From the NCBI RefSeq assembly GCF_018350175.1, contig NC_058368.1, forward strand, positions 58,716,001 to 58,780,000: a stretch of DNA of 64,000 nt, given 5' to 3'. The notes under the pieces were generated by a model. It saw only the letters and a list, made by a program, of their open reading frames with translations. It ran no database searches and was not told the origin of the DNA. This document shows positions 25,111-37,305 of this stretch, in pieces. The position numbers and the translations under genes are program-made. Source of the stretch: Felis catus. Lineage: Eukaryota. Numbering within the stretch: position 1 is the first letter of the stretch; every line of letters begins with the position of its first letter.

Positions 25111-25875
25111 TTTACTGAAGTAAGCTTCCTTACAGCCTGCCCTGCCCCTGCAAGCTTATGGAGATCCACTCTCTCCAGCCCAGCTGGCCTCAGCAGGAGT
25201 TTTCCCAGGCTGCTGTAGGTCCCCTCCCACAGCAGACTAGTGCTGATCTTGCTCACACCGAATGCCACACCCATTGCATTCTCCTATAGACCTGTGCTCC
25301 TCCAATATGCCCTTGGAGAAAGCCCATCTAAAGTGGTGTCACAAGCCTCACAGTGCACAAGCAGCCCCAGGAGGGGCCAGCACCACTGCAAAGTGACTTC
25401 TGCACGGGGAAGAGGGGGAAATAACCGTACACACCAGTCTGACTGTGGCTCAACAATGGGCCTGGGGCAGACATCTGGTCTGACTATAGGCTCTGTCCCC
25501 TAATGAAAGCATCTCGGGAAATAATGTAGGAAAAACACCCTTCAGTTCTGTGCTACTACACTGCTGGCAAACTATTGGTCTGACACATCTCAAACCTAAG
25601 TGGACCCAGATTGGCCCACCCACAATATAGGAAGCAAACACTGTTCACAATAGGGAAAGAGATCTGTTGCAGATAACTGGACTAGAAGCAAACATAGCTT
25701 AGCCACAACAGTAGGGAGCACTGAATACATGTAAGAGACATCCCTGAGTCACCAGATTAGGGTGAATTGCAGACACTGCACTGCAAGGCACTACAAGGCC
25801 TCTTCATAAAGCCACTACTTTCAAAAGCAGGAGATGTAGCTGACTTTCCTAACAGATACAGACACAAAGATGAAA

Positions 25876-26640
25876 TGAGAAGACAGATTACTATGTCCTA
25901 AATGAAAAAATGAATCAAAATCTGATAGATAATTTAGAAAACAAAAAAGAGGCAATCAGGAATAAAGAACTTAATAACTGAAATTAAAAAAATAGATGGA
26001 AAAAATAGTAGACTAGATGAAGCAGAAGAACAGATAAGCATCTTGGAGGACAGAATAATGGAAAGCAATCAAGCTGGACAGGAAAGAGTAATAAATAATA
26101 AATAAAAACAAAAACAGGCTAAGGGACTCATCAACACTCATAATAACATTGCATTATAGGACACCAAAAGGAGAAGAAAGAGAAAAGGGTACAGAAAATT
26201 TATTTGAAGAAATAATAGTTGAAATCTTCTTGAATCTGGGAAATCCAGATCCAAGAGGTACAGAGAGCCTTCAACAAAATCAGTGCAAGGAGGTCCACAC
26301 CAAGACACATACTAATTAAAAAGGCAAAAAGTAGTGATAAAGAAGTTTTAAAAGGAGCAAGAGAAAAGAAAACAGTTACAGATAAGGGAAACCCCATAAG
26401 ACTATCAGCGGAGTTTTCAGCAGAAGCTTTGCAGGCCAGAGGGAGTGTCAAGATATATTCAAAGTATTGAAAGAAAAAACATGTAACCGAGTATACTTTA
26501 TCCAACAAGGCTATCATTCAGAATAGAAGTAGAAATAAAGAACTTCCCAGACAAACGAAAGTTAAAGGAATTTGTCACCACAAAGCCAGCCCTACAAGAA
26601 ATGGTAAAGGGATTCTTTGAGTGGAAAAGAAAGACCATAA
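25876..26640 (+). pseudogene. L1 ORF1p remnant (deletions and frameshifts)
   Basis: RLDEAEEQISILEDR-like coiled coil, ENLFEEIIVE, STPRHILIK, GKPIRLSAEFSAEALQAR, YPTRLSFRIE, EFVTTKPALQE. Confidence 0.85.
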
Positions 26641-27040
26641 CCAGGGGTAGAAATGTAGGAAGCACAAGGGCAATAAAATCAAGCATATCTATAAAACTCA
26701 GTCAAGGGATTCACAAAATAAAAGGATGTAAAGGATGACACTACATACATAAAACATGGGGAGAGGAGTAGAGAATGGGTTCATAATTAAACTTGACATA
26801 GATTGCTATATGCATAAGATATTATAGATAAGCCTAACAGCAACCACAAATCAAAAATTGCTAATAAATATGGAATCCAAGTATATCTCTAAACAAATCC
26901 AGCAAACTATGAGAGAAGAGAGCAAGAGAAGGAACATGGATCAACCACAAAAACAACCATAAAACAAGTAACAAAATGGCAGGAAGTGCATATCTATCAA
27001 TAATTACTTTGAATGTAAATAGACTAAATAAAAAGACCTA

Positions 27041-27207
27041 GAGGGTAGCCTGGGTGGCTCAGTCTGTTAGGTTCCAACTTCTGCTCAGGTCATGAGCCTG
27101 TGGTTTGTGGGTTCAAGACCCACATTGGGCTCTGTGCTGACAGCTCAGAGCCTGGAGACTGCTTTGGATTCTGTGTTTCCCTATCTCTCTCTGCCCCTCC
27201 CCTGCTT

Positions 27208-27251
<44 letters not shown>

Positions 27252-27267
27252 AAAAATAAATAAACAT
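27041..27267 (+). mobile_element. Can-SINE inserted in L1 ORF2
   Basis: TSD taaataaaaagac at 27025-27037 and 27268-27280; long (CT)n. Confidence 0.95.
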
Positions 27268-28511
27268 TAAATAAAAAGACAGGGTGAGGAATGGAAAAAC
27301 AAAATAAAACAAACAAGCAAAAAAAGAAAAAAGACCAATCTATATGCTGCATACAAGAAACTCATTCCAGACCTAAAGACATGCAAATTGAAAGTGAAAG
27401 GATAAAAAAGCATTTCTCCTGCAAATGAAAGTGAAAAGAAAGCCAGGGTAGCAATATTATACATGAAAAAATGGACAATAAAGCAAAAACTGTAACAAGA
27501 GATACAGAAGGACACTATAAAATGATAAAGAGAATAATCCAACAAGAAGAGCTAACATTGTAAATATTTGTGGACCCAGTGTGGAAACACCCAAATACAT
27601 AAAGCATCTAATAACAAACATAAAGGAGGCAATCAATAGTAGAGAACTTTAACACCCCACTCTCATCAATGGATAGATTCTCCAATAGAAACTCAATAAG
27701 AAATCACTGGCTTTAAGTGACACATTGGACCCACTGGATCTAACAGATATAATCAGAACATTCCATCCTAAAACAGCAGAATACATATTCTTTGCAAGTG
27801 CACATGGGACATTCCCCAGAATAAATCACATGTTTGTCCATAGAGAAAGTCTCAACAATCTGAAAAAGATCAAAGTCATGTCATATATCTTTTCTGACCA
27901 CAACACTATGAAATTAGAAATAAAGCACAAGAAAAAATCTAGAAATAACACAATAGATGGAGGATAAATAATATGCTACTAAACAATGAATTGGACAAGC
28001 AAAATTTCAAAGAGGAAGTTAAAAAATACATGTATACAAATGAAAACACAATGGTCCAAAACCTTGAGATGCATCAAAAGCAGTTCTAAGAAGGCAGTTT
28101 ATAGCAGTACAGGTCTCCCTCAAGAAACAAGAAAAATATCAAATAACCTAACCTTATACCTAAAGCAGATAGAAAAAATAAGAACAAACAAACCTAAAAC
28201 CAGTAGAAGGAAGGAATAATAAAGGTTAGAGCAGAAGTAAATGAAATAGAAAACAAACAAACAAAACAATAGAACAGAGCCATAAACCAGGAGTTGGTTC
28301 TTTGAAAAGACCAACAAAATTGATAAATCTTTAGCAAGATTCATAAAGAGAGGGTGGGCAGACTCAAATAAAACCAGAAGAGAAAGAAGAGAAATAGCAA
28401 TCAACACGAGTGAAATACAAAGGATTATAAGAGAATGTTATGAAAAATTTTATGCCTACAAATTGGACAACTTAGAAGAAATAAACAAATTCTTAAAAAC
28501 ATATAACCTCC

Positions 28512-28718
28512 GGGGCACCTGGGTGGCGCAGTCGGTTAAGCGTCCGACTTCAGCCAGGTCACGATCTCGCGGTCCGTGAGTTCGAGCCCCGCATCAGGCT
28601 CTGGGCTGATGGCTCAGAGCCTGGAGCCTGTTTCCGATTCTGTGTCTCCCTCTCTCTCTGCCCCTCCCGCATTCATGCTCTGTCTCTCTCTGTCCCAAAA
28701 AAAAATAAATAAATGTTG
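28512..28718 (+). mobile_element. Young felid Can-SINE inserted in L1 ORF2, lacking the terminal A tail
   Basis: Perfect 16-bp TSD aaaacatataacctcc at 28496-28511 and 28719-28734. Confidence 0.97.
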
Positions 28719-31700
28719 AAAACATATAACCTCCCAAAACTTAATCAGGAAGAAATAGAAAATTTGGGCAGATTAATACCAGCAGTGAAATTGAATCAGC
28801 AATCAAAAGACTCCCAGCAAACAAAAGTCTGAAATTAGATGTCTTCACAGGTGAATTCTACCAAACAATTAAAAGTGACTTAATGCATATTCTTCTCAAA
28901 CTATTCCAAAAAATACAAGAGGAAGAAAAGCTTCCAAATTCATTCTATGAGACCAGCAATACCCTGATACTGAAACCAGATAAAGACACTTCAAAAAAGA
29001 GAACTACAGCCAATATTTCTGAGGAACACAGATGCAAAAATCCCCCCCAAAATATTAGCAAATTTAATCCAACAATATATTAAAAATTAATTCACCATGA
29101 TCAAGTGGGACTTATTCCTGGAATGTGAAGGTGGTTTGATATTCAGAAATCAATGTGATATATCACATCAAGAAGAGAAAGGATAAGAAACATATGACCG
29201 TTTTAATAGATGCAGAGAAATCATTTGACAAAATGCAATATCCATTTATGATAAAAAGTCTCAAAAATGAGGTTTAGAGGGAACACACCTGAATGTAATA
29301 AAAGCCATATATGAAAAATCATACTCAATGTAGAAAAACTGAGAGCCTTTCTTATAAGATGAGGAACAAGACAAGGATGCCCACTCTCACCACTTGTATT
29401 CACCATAGTATTAGAAGTCGTAGCCACAGCTATTAGACAAGAAAAAAGGTATAAAAGACATCCAAATTGGTAATGAAGAAATACAACTTCCACTATTTGC
29501 AGATGACATAATACTACAGAAAAAAACTCTAAAGATTCCACCAAAAAACTAGTAGAACTGATAAGTGAATTCAGTAAGGTAGCAAGATACAAAATCAATG
29601 TACAGAAATCTGTTGCATTTCTGCATACTATTAATGAAGCAGCAGAAGGGGAAGTTAAGAAAATTCCATTTAAAATCTTCCCCACATAATAAAATTCCTA
29701 GGAATAAACTTGACCAAAGAATGAAAGACTTGTACTCTGAAAACTATGAAACACTGATGAAAAAAACTGAAGATTACACAAACACATGGAAAGATATTCC
29801 TGTGATCAAGGATTAAAAGAACAAATATGGCTAAAATGCCCATACTATCCAAAGCAATCTACAGATTTAATGTAATCCCTACCAAATACAAACAGCATTT
29901 TTCACAGAACTAGAACAAATAATCCTAAAATTTTTATGGAATGACAAAAGACCCTAAATAGCCTAAACAATCATGAAAAAGAATAAAACTGGGGGTATCA
30001 CAATCCCAGATATCAAGATACACTATAAACTGTTATGATCAAAACAGTATGATACTGGTAAATAAACACATCAATCAATAGAACAGAATAGAGAGCCCAA
30101 AAATAAATCCACGATTATGTGACCGATTAATGTACGACAAAGGGGGCAAGAATATACAATCGGGAAAAGACATTTCTTCAATAAAAAGTGCTGGGTAAAC
30201 TGGACAGATACATGAAAAAGAATGAAACTGGACCACTTTCTACACAATACACTAAAGTAAATTCAAAATGGATTAAGGACCTAATGTTAGACCTGTAACC
30301 ATAATAATCCTAGGAGAGGGCACAGGCAGTAATTTCTCTGACATCAACTGTAGCAACATTTTTTAGATATGTCTCCTGAGGCAAGAGAAACTGAAGCAAA
30401 AATAAACTACAGGACTACATCAAAATAAAAATCTTCTGCACAGCAAATGAAATAATCAATGAAACTAAAAGACAACCCACTGAATAGGAAAAGATATTTG
30501 CAAATGACATATCTGATATAGGGTTAGTATCCAAAATATATGAAGATCTTTAAACTCAACACCCAAAAAACAAAAAGTCCAATTAAAAATGAGAAGACAT
30601 GAACAGACATTTCTTCAAAGAAGACATACATATGTCTGACAGACACATGAAAAGATTTTCAACATCGCTCATCATCAGGTAAATGCAAGTTAAAAGTACA
30701 GTAAGATAACATCTCACACCTGTCAGAATGGCTAAAAAGAAGAACACAAGAAATAAGTGTTGGCATGGACAAGGATGTAGGAAAAAATAGAATTCCGTTG
30801 TTGGTGGGAATACAAACTGGTGCAGCCACAAACAGTGTGGAGGTTCCTTAAAAAATTAAAAATAAAATCACCATTTGATCCAGTAATTACACTACTGGGT
30901 ATTTACCCAAAGAATATGAAAACACTAATATAAAAAGTTTTATACACTCCTATGTTTATTGCAGCATTATTTACAAAAGCCAAATTATGGAAGTAACTCA
31001 AGTGTCCATTGATAGATAAATGGATAAAGAAGATGTGGTGTGTATATATAAAGGGATATTACTCAGCTGTAAGAAAAAATGAAATCTTGTAATTTGCAAC
31101 TACGTGGATAGATCTAGAGGATATAATGTTAAGTGAAGTAAGAGAAAGACGAATACCATATGATTTTACTGATATGTGGAATTTTAGAAACAGAGGAAAC
31201 AAAGGAAAAGAGAGACAAAGCAAAAAACAGACTCTTAACTATACAGAACAAACAGATGGTTAACAGAAGGGAGGTGGGTAGGAGGATAGGTTAAATAGGT
31301 AATGGGTATTAAGAGTACTCTTATCATGATGAGCATTGAGTAATGTATAGAAATGTTGAATCACTATATTATATACCTGAAACTAAATTAACACTATGTT
31401 AACTATACTGGAACTAAAATTAAAAAACAAAACAAAACAAAACAAAACTATAGCAAACATTAATGATGAAGACCCATATATGACCAGAGAAAAATAATAT
31501 TTGGCAGAGAGCAGTTCAAAGTACCCTAAGGCTAATTTTAAAAATTTGCATCAGAATAGTAACTTAGCTCAAGTAAAGTATAGAATATTATATAATACAG
31601 ACATAGATAAAAATGCATGACACTTGGCTCCTAAAAGAAGACATGCTGTCTACGGAATTTAAATTTCTAAGCTCAAAATGTTTAAGTGTATTTTACTAAA

Positions 31701-31879
31701 CGTTGTAATGTTAACCCATTGTTATTTGCTAACTGAGGAGATAAATATTTGGCACAATCTTTAACATAAATAAAATTAATAAAACTAAATTAAACTAAAC
31801 TGAACTAAACCAAACTAAAATACTGTGGTGGGGAATGCCTCACTGAAAAAGCATGAGTTGAATAAAGATTTGAAAAAAT

Positions 31880-32013
31880 GGGCGCCTGGGTGGCTCGGTC
31901 AGTTAAGTGGATGACTCTTGATTTTGGCTCATGTCATGATCTCATGTGAGATAGAGCCATGTTGTGGGTGGCATCAGGCTCTGTGCTGACAGTGGGGAGC
32001 CTGCTTGGGATTC
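31880..32013 (+). mobile_element. Can-SINE 5' portion
   Basis: gggcgcctgggtggctcggtc...gagcctgcttgggattc, then stops abruptly. Confidence 0.92.
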
Positions 32014-32074
32014 CTGAAATTAATGGAACATGTGTCAGCTATACTAAAAAATAAAAAAAATAAAAAAAAAAAAA
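32014..32074 (+). mobile_element. Extreme 3' end of a carnivore L1 with poly-A
   Basis: ctgaaattaatggaacatgtgtcagctatact plus A tail; similar to the terminus of the L1 at 31376-31410. Confidence 0.7.
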
Positions 32075-32158
32075 GACGAAGTAGACAAGTATGCAGTATG
32101 GATATGCGGGTGAGGGGAGATTTTCAGGCAGCAGAAACAGGAATATTTTTCACTGAGA

Positions 32159-32236
32159 GAGATTCTATATCTCCCTCTCTCTCTGCCCCTCCCCCCCACT
32201 CTCTCCCTCTCAAAGTAAATAAATATTTTTTTAAAA
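32159..32236 (+). mobile_element. Can-SINE 3' portion
   Basis: gagattctatatctccctctctctctgcccctcc...taaataaata. Confidence 0.9.
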
Positions 32237-32269
32237 GATAAGCCAAGAAATTCTCAAATATTCAACATC

Positions 32270-32720
32270 CAATTTTCCCATATGTTAGTATCTATCTTAA
32301 ATCACTATGGTGTATTTGCTACCATTAATGAGCAAATATTAATAAATAATTCACTAAAGGCATATGTTACCCAGATTTCCCAAGTTTTTACCTATTTTTT
32401 TTCTGTTGCTGGATACCATGTTGCATTTTGTTGTCATGTCTCCTTAAGCTCCTATGAGCTGTTTCTCACATTTTTCTTGTTTTTGATGACCTTGATAATT
32501 TTCAAGAGTCCTGGTTAGGTATTTCATGGAATGTCAATTCAGGATTTGTCTGTTGTTTCTCTCATGATTAGATTTGGTTGCTGAACTTTGAGAGAAATAC
32601 CACGGAGATCAAGTGCCATTTTCATTCCTCACACCAATGGTGCATATTTTCCACATGGCCTGTTACTGCATACGTGAACCCAATTACCTGACTGATTAAC
32701 CTTTATCATCTGGCTGATTT
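32270..32720 (-). mobile_element. Old L1 (L1MC-like) 3' fragment
   Basis: ttgtcatgtctccttaagctcct...ttgtttttgatgaccttga...ggatttgtctgttgtttctctcatgattag...aagtgccatttt. Confidence 0.8.
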
Positions 32721-35430
32721 TTTTAAACAAAATAAATACTAGCATATGTGTAAGACATTTGGGAAAACAGAGAAGAAAGTGGAAAAAGAAAGATGCAAGA
32801 GAATAAGGGAAGATGATATTGACACCATCCACATATTGAAATTTTCACATTTACAAGAAGCAAGGATAGGCTGTTCTTGGAAACTGGAGAAAAGGCAGGG
32901 TAAGGAGACAGGTTTTGTCTCTTTTCTCAGGAAAATAGAAAGTAAAGCCATCAGCTGAGAGTTTTGAAAGGATAGGAAATGCTGAAGGTTTGTTGAAATG
33001 TTAAGTGCAAAAGCATGTGTAATTTATCTTTACTTATGAAGGAGCATGCAGATCAATATTTGCATGCCTTACATTTGTTAGTCACACATTGAGGCAAGTG
33101 TTTGTATATGCTAAACTAAAAGCCAGAGTGACTCACAGATATACTAAATCAATGTGTATTTATTTAATTCTGAGCATCAATGTCTATGCTCACATATCAC
33201 ATGTGTGTACATATGCGGTTTATACATACTCAACTTCACGTAATGGCAGTCACTCAGATTTTCACCATTTCACCTGACTGAAAATGAGCCTTTGACTCAT
33301 GTGTATAGGAGAAAAAGCAAATATGTTATAATACACAAGATAAATCAATTCCTACAGGACTCCACAGATACCTATACCCAAGCACCGTGGACAAAATTCC
33401 TTTTTTGTTGTTGTTGTGTGCATGTAGTCCATATTATCTTATATGTCATCTATGTAAATACACACATTCATATTAAATCAAGGAATTAATGTAGAGTAAA
33501 CATTTCATGGTGACACCCCAAAGGGTTTGGAAATTTAGATCTAGTTCCAACGCATAATTTAATTTAAATCTACTTTCACATTTGAAAATAACACTTTTCT
33601 TTGATACTAAAATGAAAACATATGGTTATTATGACTTCTGGAAAACCTTTGCCTGTTCATATGGAATATCTGCTTTGCAAATGAGGCTTGTGTTGCTATA
33701 ATCATGGTAGTTTTCCTCTTTTATGTGAAAGAAACTATAATATGAGCTATTTGAAACTAGAGGTGAATCAAACAATGACCGTAGATTGCACTTGAATTTA
33801 TACAATCAAAATAGATTTCAAGGACATGATAGCTTTGCTTTAGGCTACCTAGACTACAATAGTTTGTTTTGCATTTTTACTTTAAACATATAATTTTTTT
33901 CAAAAAGTAAATAAAGTCATACTTAAGAATATAACATTTTTCTGCATTAAAGAAGCAGAGAATATATACTTTATGAAAAAAGCCAGTAGTAGAGATTAGT
34001 AGCTTGCTTCCAATTGAGAAAAAAGTTGCCTCAATTATATAGATATAAATCACACAGAGAGTATTTGTTTAATATTTTTAAGAACACTTAAAACTGTATA
34101 TCCATCACATATTTATGTCATTCAATGGAACAATTATAATTGTTCTTGTTCATTTGAAATATAAATTTTATTACATGTTACTTGAAACCAAGGTAGAATT
34201 TATCTTTAATACAACCTTAACTATCACATTTTTTTTAAAAAGTTTTAAAAACTAAAAAACACAAACAAGCAAATAAACAAAGAAACAGTGTATTTGGGTA
34301 AATTCTTGCAAGTGTTGTTAGAATCCCTAAAGAAAAAAGTACTTTGATGGACATTATGCAGTCTGTATTTTCTTTCTTTCTTTCCCTCTTTAACACATAA
34401 ACTGATGCCCTGGTAGTATATACTGTTCAACATTAGACACATTATCCTGACCATATCAGGCATATTCCCAATAACCCAAGGAAAGAGATTAAAGAGATAA
34501 AGTAATTATATTTGCATTTCACAATGGGAAAGGGAGACTGTATGAGCAAACCCAGAGATCACAGGCCATGTATCATAATTGAACCACCTCTACCAATTTG
34601 CTTCATCAAATCATAGCCCTTGAATCCTGGTAGAAATAAGGATGTCAATATCTTCCTTTTTCTTTTTCACAGAAATTCAGTGCTGATTTTTTATATCTCT
34701 TATTTGTCTTCCTTCAGAATGACTCTGCTTCTTCTTTACTTTCATACCATTTCCATTTTCTTTAGGGCCCTTGAATTGTAAAGGGAATTTTATCATTCTT
34801 TAAATAGTATCAGAGTAAGTCATGCCTACTCACCTCTGTTTGAAAGAATGTCTGTATGTAAACTGTGACACAGAATAGATCGCTGAGTTGAAGACGGGAC
34901 ATACTTCCACACATGGGTTATTCTGATGTGACATGGACCACTTCTCTCCTATCCTGGGAATGTCTGTCCACCTGAAGCTGCCTTTTGGAAATTGCTACAT
35001 GGTCTGGTTCATTTTACTGTTCTGCTTATAGGAGTGGGGTCAAGGGAGAGAAAGCAGAATGGAAAAAAACTAGAATTCCTTATGACCTTCTAGGTAGCAG
35101 GCATACCTAGCATGCAGGTGCTAGCTGCATAAAATGATATGCTTTATACAATAGTGCAAACGTTACATAAGATAGACATTCTTGTATTGACTTAATTCTG
35201 AGAAAAGATTAGGTTCATACATGGTAATTATTGTTTTCCAGGTGACACAATTATCAGTTGTCCAGATCTACAAATCAAAACCAGGTCTCACTGGATCTGC
35301 AACGTTATTTTTCCATTACATCATCATTTAGAATGTGGGGCATAGGCAAGAGCATGTGGGGTTACATACTGCTCTCCAAAATCAGGTTTCCTAAAATTGT
35401 GTGTTTTAAACAAATAAATATATGATATCA

Positions 35431-35645
35431 GGGGTGCCTGGGTGGTTCAGTCAGTTAAGCGTCCGACTTCAGCTCCGGTCATGATCTCGTGGTCCATAAA
35501 TTCGAGCCCCGGGTCCGGCTCTGTGCTGACAGCTCAGAGCTTGGAGCCTGCTTCAGATTCTGTGTCTCCCTCTCTTTCTACCCCTCCCCCACTCATGCTC
35601 TATCCTCTCTCCTTCAAAAATTAAATAAACATTAAAAAATTTAAA
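35431..35645 (+). mobile_element. Can-SINE
   Basis: 17-bp TSD aaataaatatatgatat at 35412-35428 and 35646-35662. Confidence 0.96.
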
Positions 35646-36004
35646 AAATAAATATATGATATTAATTAAGAACATAGTGAATAAATATTTAACGATTGGT
35701 CTCATAGAGCAATCTATGAGAAATTTAGACAGGCAAATGAGAGCAAATTGTTTTCATGCCCTTGCCCCCACAAGGCAGTTGTGAAAGCTCTATCCCCAGA
35801 AAGCACCATGCCCTGGAACATATAATCATCCACATGAATTTTGGAACCTTGTTATTCCTGTGAAGGGGAAGAGAGATGAATATTTCTATCTTCTCAATGC
35901 ATATTGTGCTTTCTTGTGCCTAAAATGGAAAATTTACATTAATATGTGCAAAGTCCAAAGTTCTCCTGAATGTGAAGGTGTACTCTATTTAGAAAGATTG
36001 ATGA

Positions 36005-36204
36005 GGGGTGCCTGGATACATCAGTGGGTTGAGCGACCGATTCTTGATTTCGGCTCAGGTCACGATCTCAGGGTCCTGAGATCCAGTGAGCCCAGAGTTG
36101 GGCTCCACTCTGGGCTGGAGCCTGCTTAAGATTCTTTCTCTCCCTCTCCCTCTGCCCCTCCCCACTGTCATGCACACACTCTCTCTCCCTCAAAAACAAC
36201 AAAA
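36005..36204 (+). mobile_element. Can-SINE (older)
   Basis: ggggtgcctgga head, CT region and A tail; degenerate TSD. Confidence 0.92.
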
Positions 36205-37113
36205 AAAATTAATGATGTAATTTGTACATGTTATTGATTAACTCCTTAATTATGCAAACCTAAAACTATGTAGTAGCAGATCTCTTCTTGCTTGTTTTGA
36301 CTGCTTCCTATAATTACATAATCACACCGATTAAATTGCCATTGTTCTTTATATTTTCCAGGCAAGTTTCCCCAGTCTATAAGTTCCTCAGACTCATCCC
36401 AACAACACAACACACACAAACATACATACACGCACAAATACGAAAGAAAAAAAAAAAAAAGAGGCTCAAGGCACTGTTGAAGGAATTTTTCTTGCCAATG
36501 GGAATAATTGTCAGCAATCCTCACAAAGCAATTCTGAAATGTTTTGCTGTGAGAACCACAAAAACATGAGGTTCCAAGTTTATCTTGTAGGAGAAAATGA
36601 TAGAATCTTGTATTTTGCAAGATCATCCTTCTGGACAGGTTTTGGCATTATTAAATATGATAAATGTAGTGGTAGGTTTTCACAATAATCTCAGACAATA
36701 TGATTTTTCAATTTTTGTTCTATTTTGCTTTATAATGGCCATAGATTTATTTTCTGAAAATAAGTTAAGCAAATTTAGAAGGTCATTCTTGAAAAAGATT
36801 GTTAGACAGTATTATAGAATGTTATATCATTTTAGCCATCTTTTCTCTTGTTTACATTAATTTCTTATCCTCTTATAAAGCATTTAAATACTTAAGACAC
36901 TAATGGGGCATTAAATCCCTATCTTTTCTCTCTGCTCTGACAGTACTCTTCATTTTCTAAGGTTGCAATCCACACCGCCATTATGACTGTGGGCCTATCT
37001 ATCTCCCACCAAATCCTGAGCTTCCTGAGTACCAAGCACAGTATATTTTGGAGCGCTTAATATATAAATGTTATCTATTTGTTGAATGTTTGAATGGCCC
37101 TCTGAAATTTTCT

Positions 37114-37305
37114 TTTTTTTAAGTTTATTTATTTATTTTGAGAAAAGAGCACAGATGGGGAAGGAGGCAGAAAGAGAGGGAGCGAGAGAGAATCCCAAGC
37201 AGACTTCCCACTGTCAGCACAGAGCCGAATGTGGGCGCAAACTCACTCATGGCGAGATCATGACCTGAACCAGTCAGACGCTTAACCGAGCCACACAGGC
37301 GCTCC
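37114..37305 (-). mobile_element. Can-SINE
   Basis: TSD ccctc(t/c)gaaat(t/a)ttct at 37098-37113 and 37305-37320. Confidence 0.94.

Larger units (their letters stand above)
26976..31185 (+). pseudogene. L1 ORF2p remnant (endonuclease/reverse transcriptase), disrupted
   Basis: MAGSAYLSIITLNVN at 26976, [27 protein letters not shown] (29369), LFADDII (29493). Many stops and frameshifts. Confidence 0.92.
25111..31449 (+). mobile_element. Near-full-length decayed carnivore L1 (partial 5' UTR, ORF1, ORF2, 3' UTR, (AAAAC)n tail) with two SINE insertions
   Basis: Colinear ORF1 and ORF2 motifs. 3' UTR ends cctgaaactaa...ctatactggaactaaaattaaaaaac(aaaac)n. 5' boundary approximate; no TSD found. Confidence 0.93.

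Noticed and set aside
24695..25200. Minus-strand L1 abutting the plus-strand L1 as a possible 5' inversion
   Set aside because: The minus piece is a 3' end of a different L1 type, and the long L1 has its own 3' end. They are two independent insertions.
26200..30831. Cluster of 60-154 aa ORFs on both strands
   Set aside because: Fragments and antisense readings of the decayed L1; no intact ORF1 or ORF2.
34650..34820. Polypyrimidine/AG acceptors with a downstream gtaagt; similar at 52280-52340
   Set aside because: Multiple competing AGs, weak exon-side donor context and pyrimidine-rich content suggest pseudo-exons.
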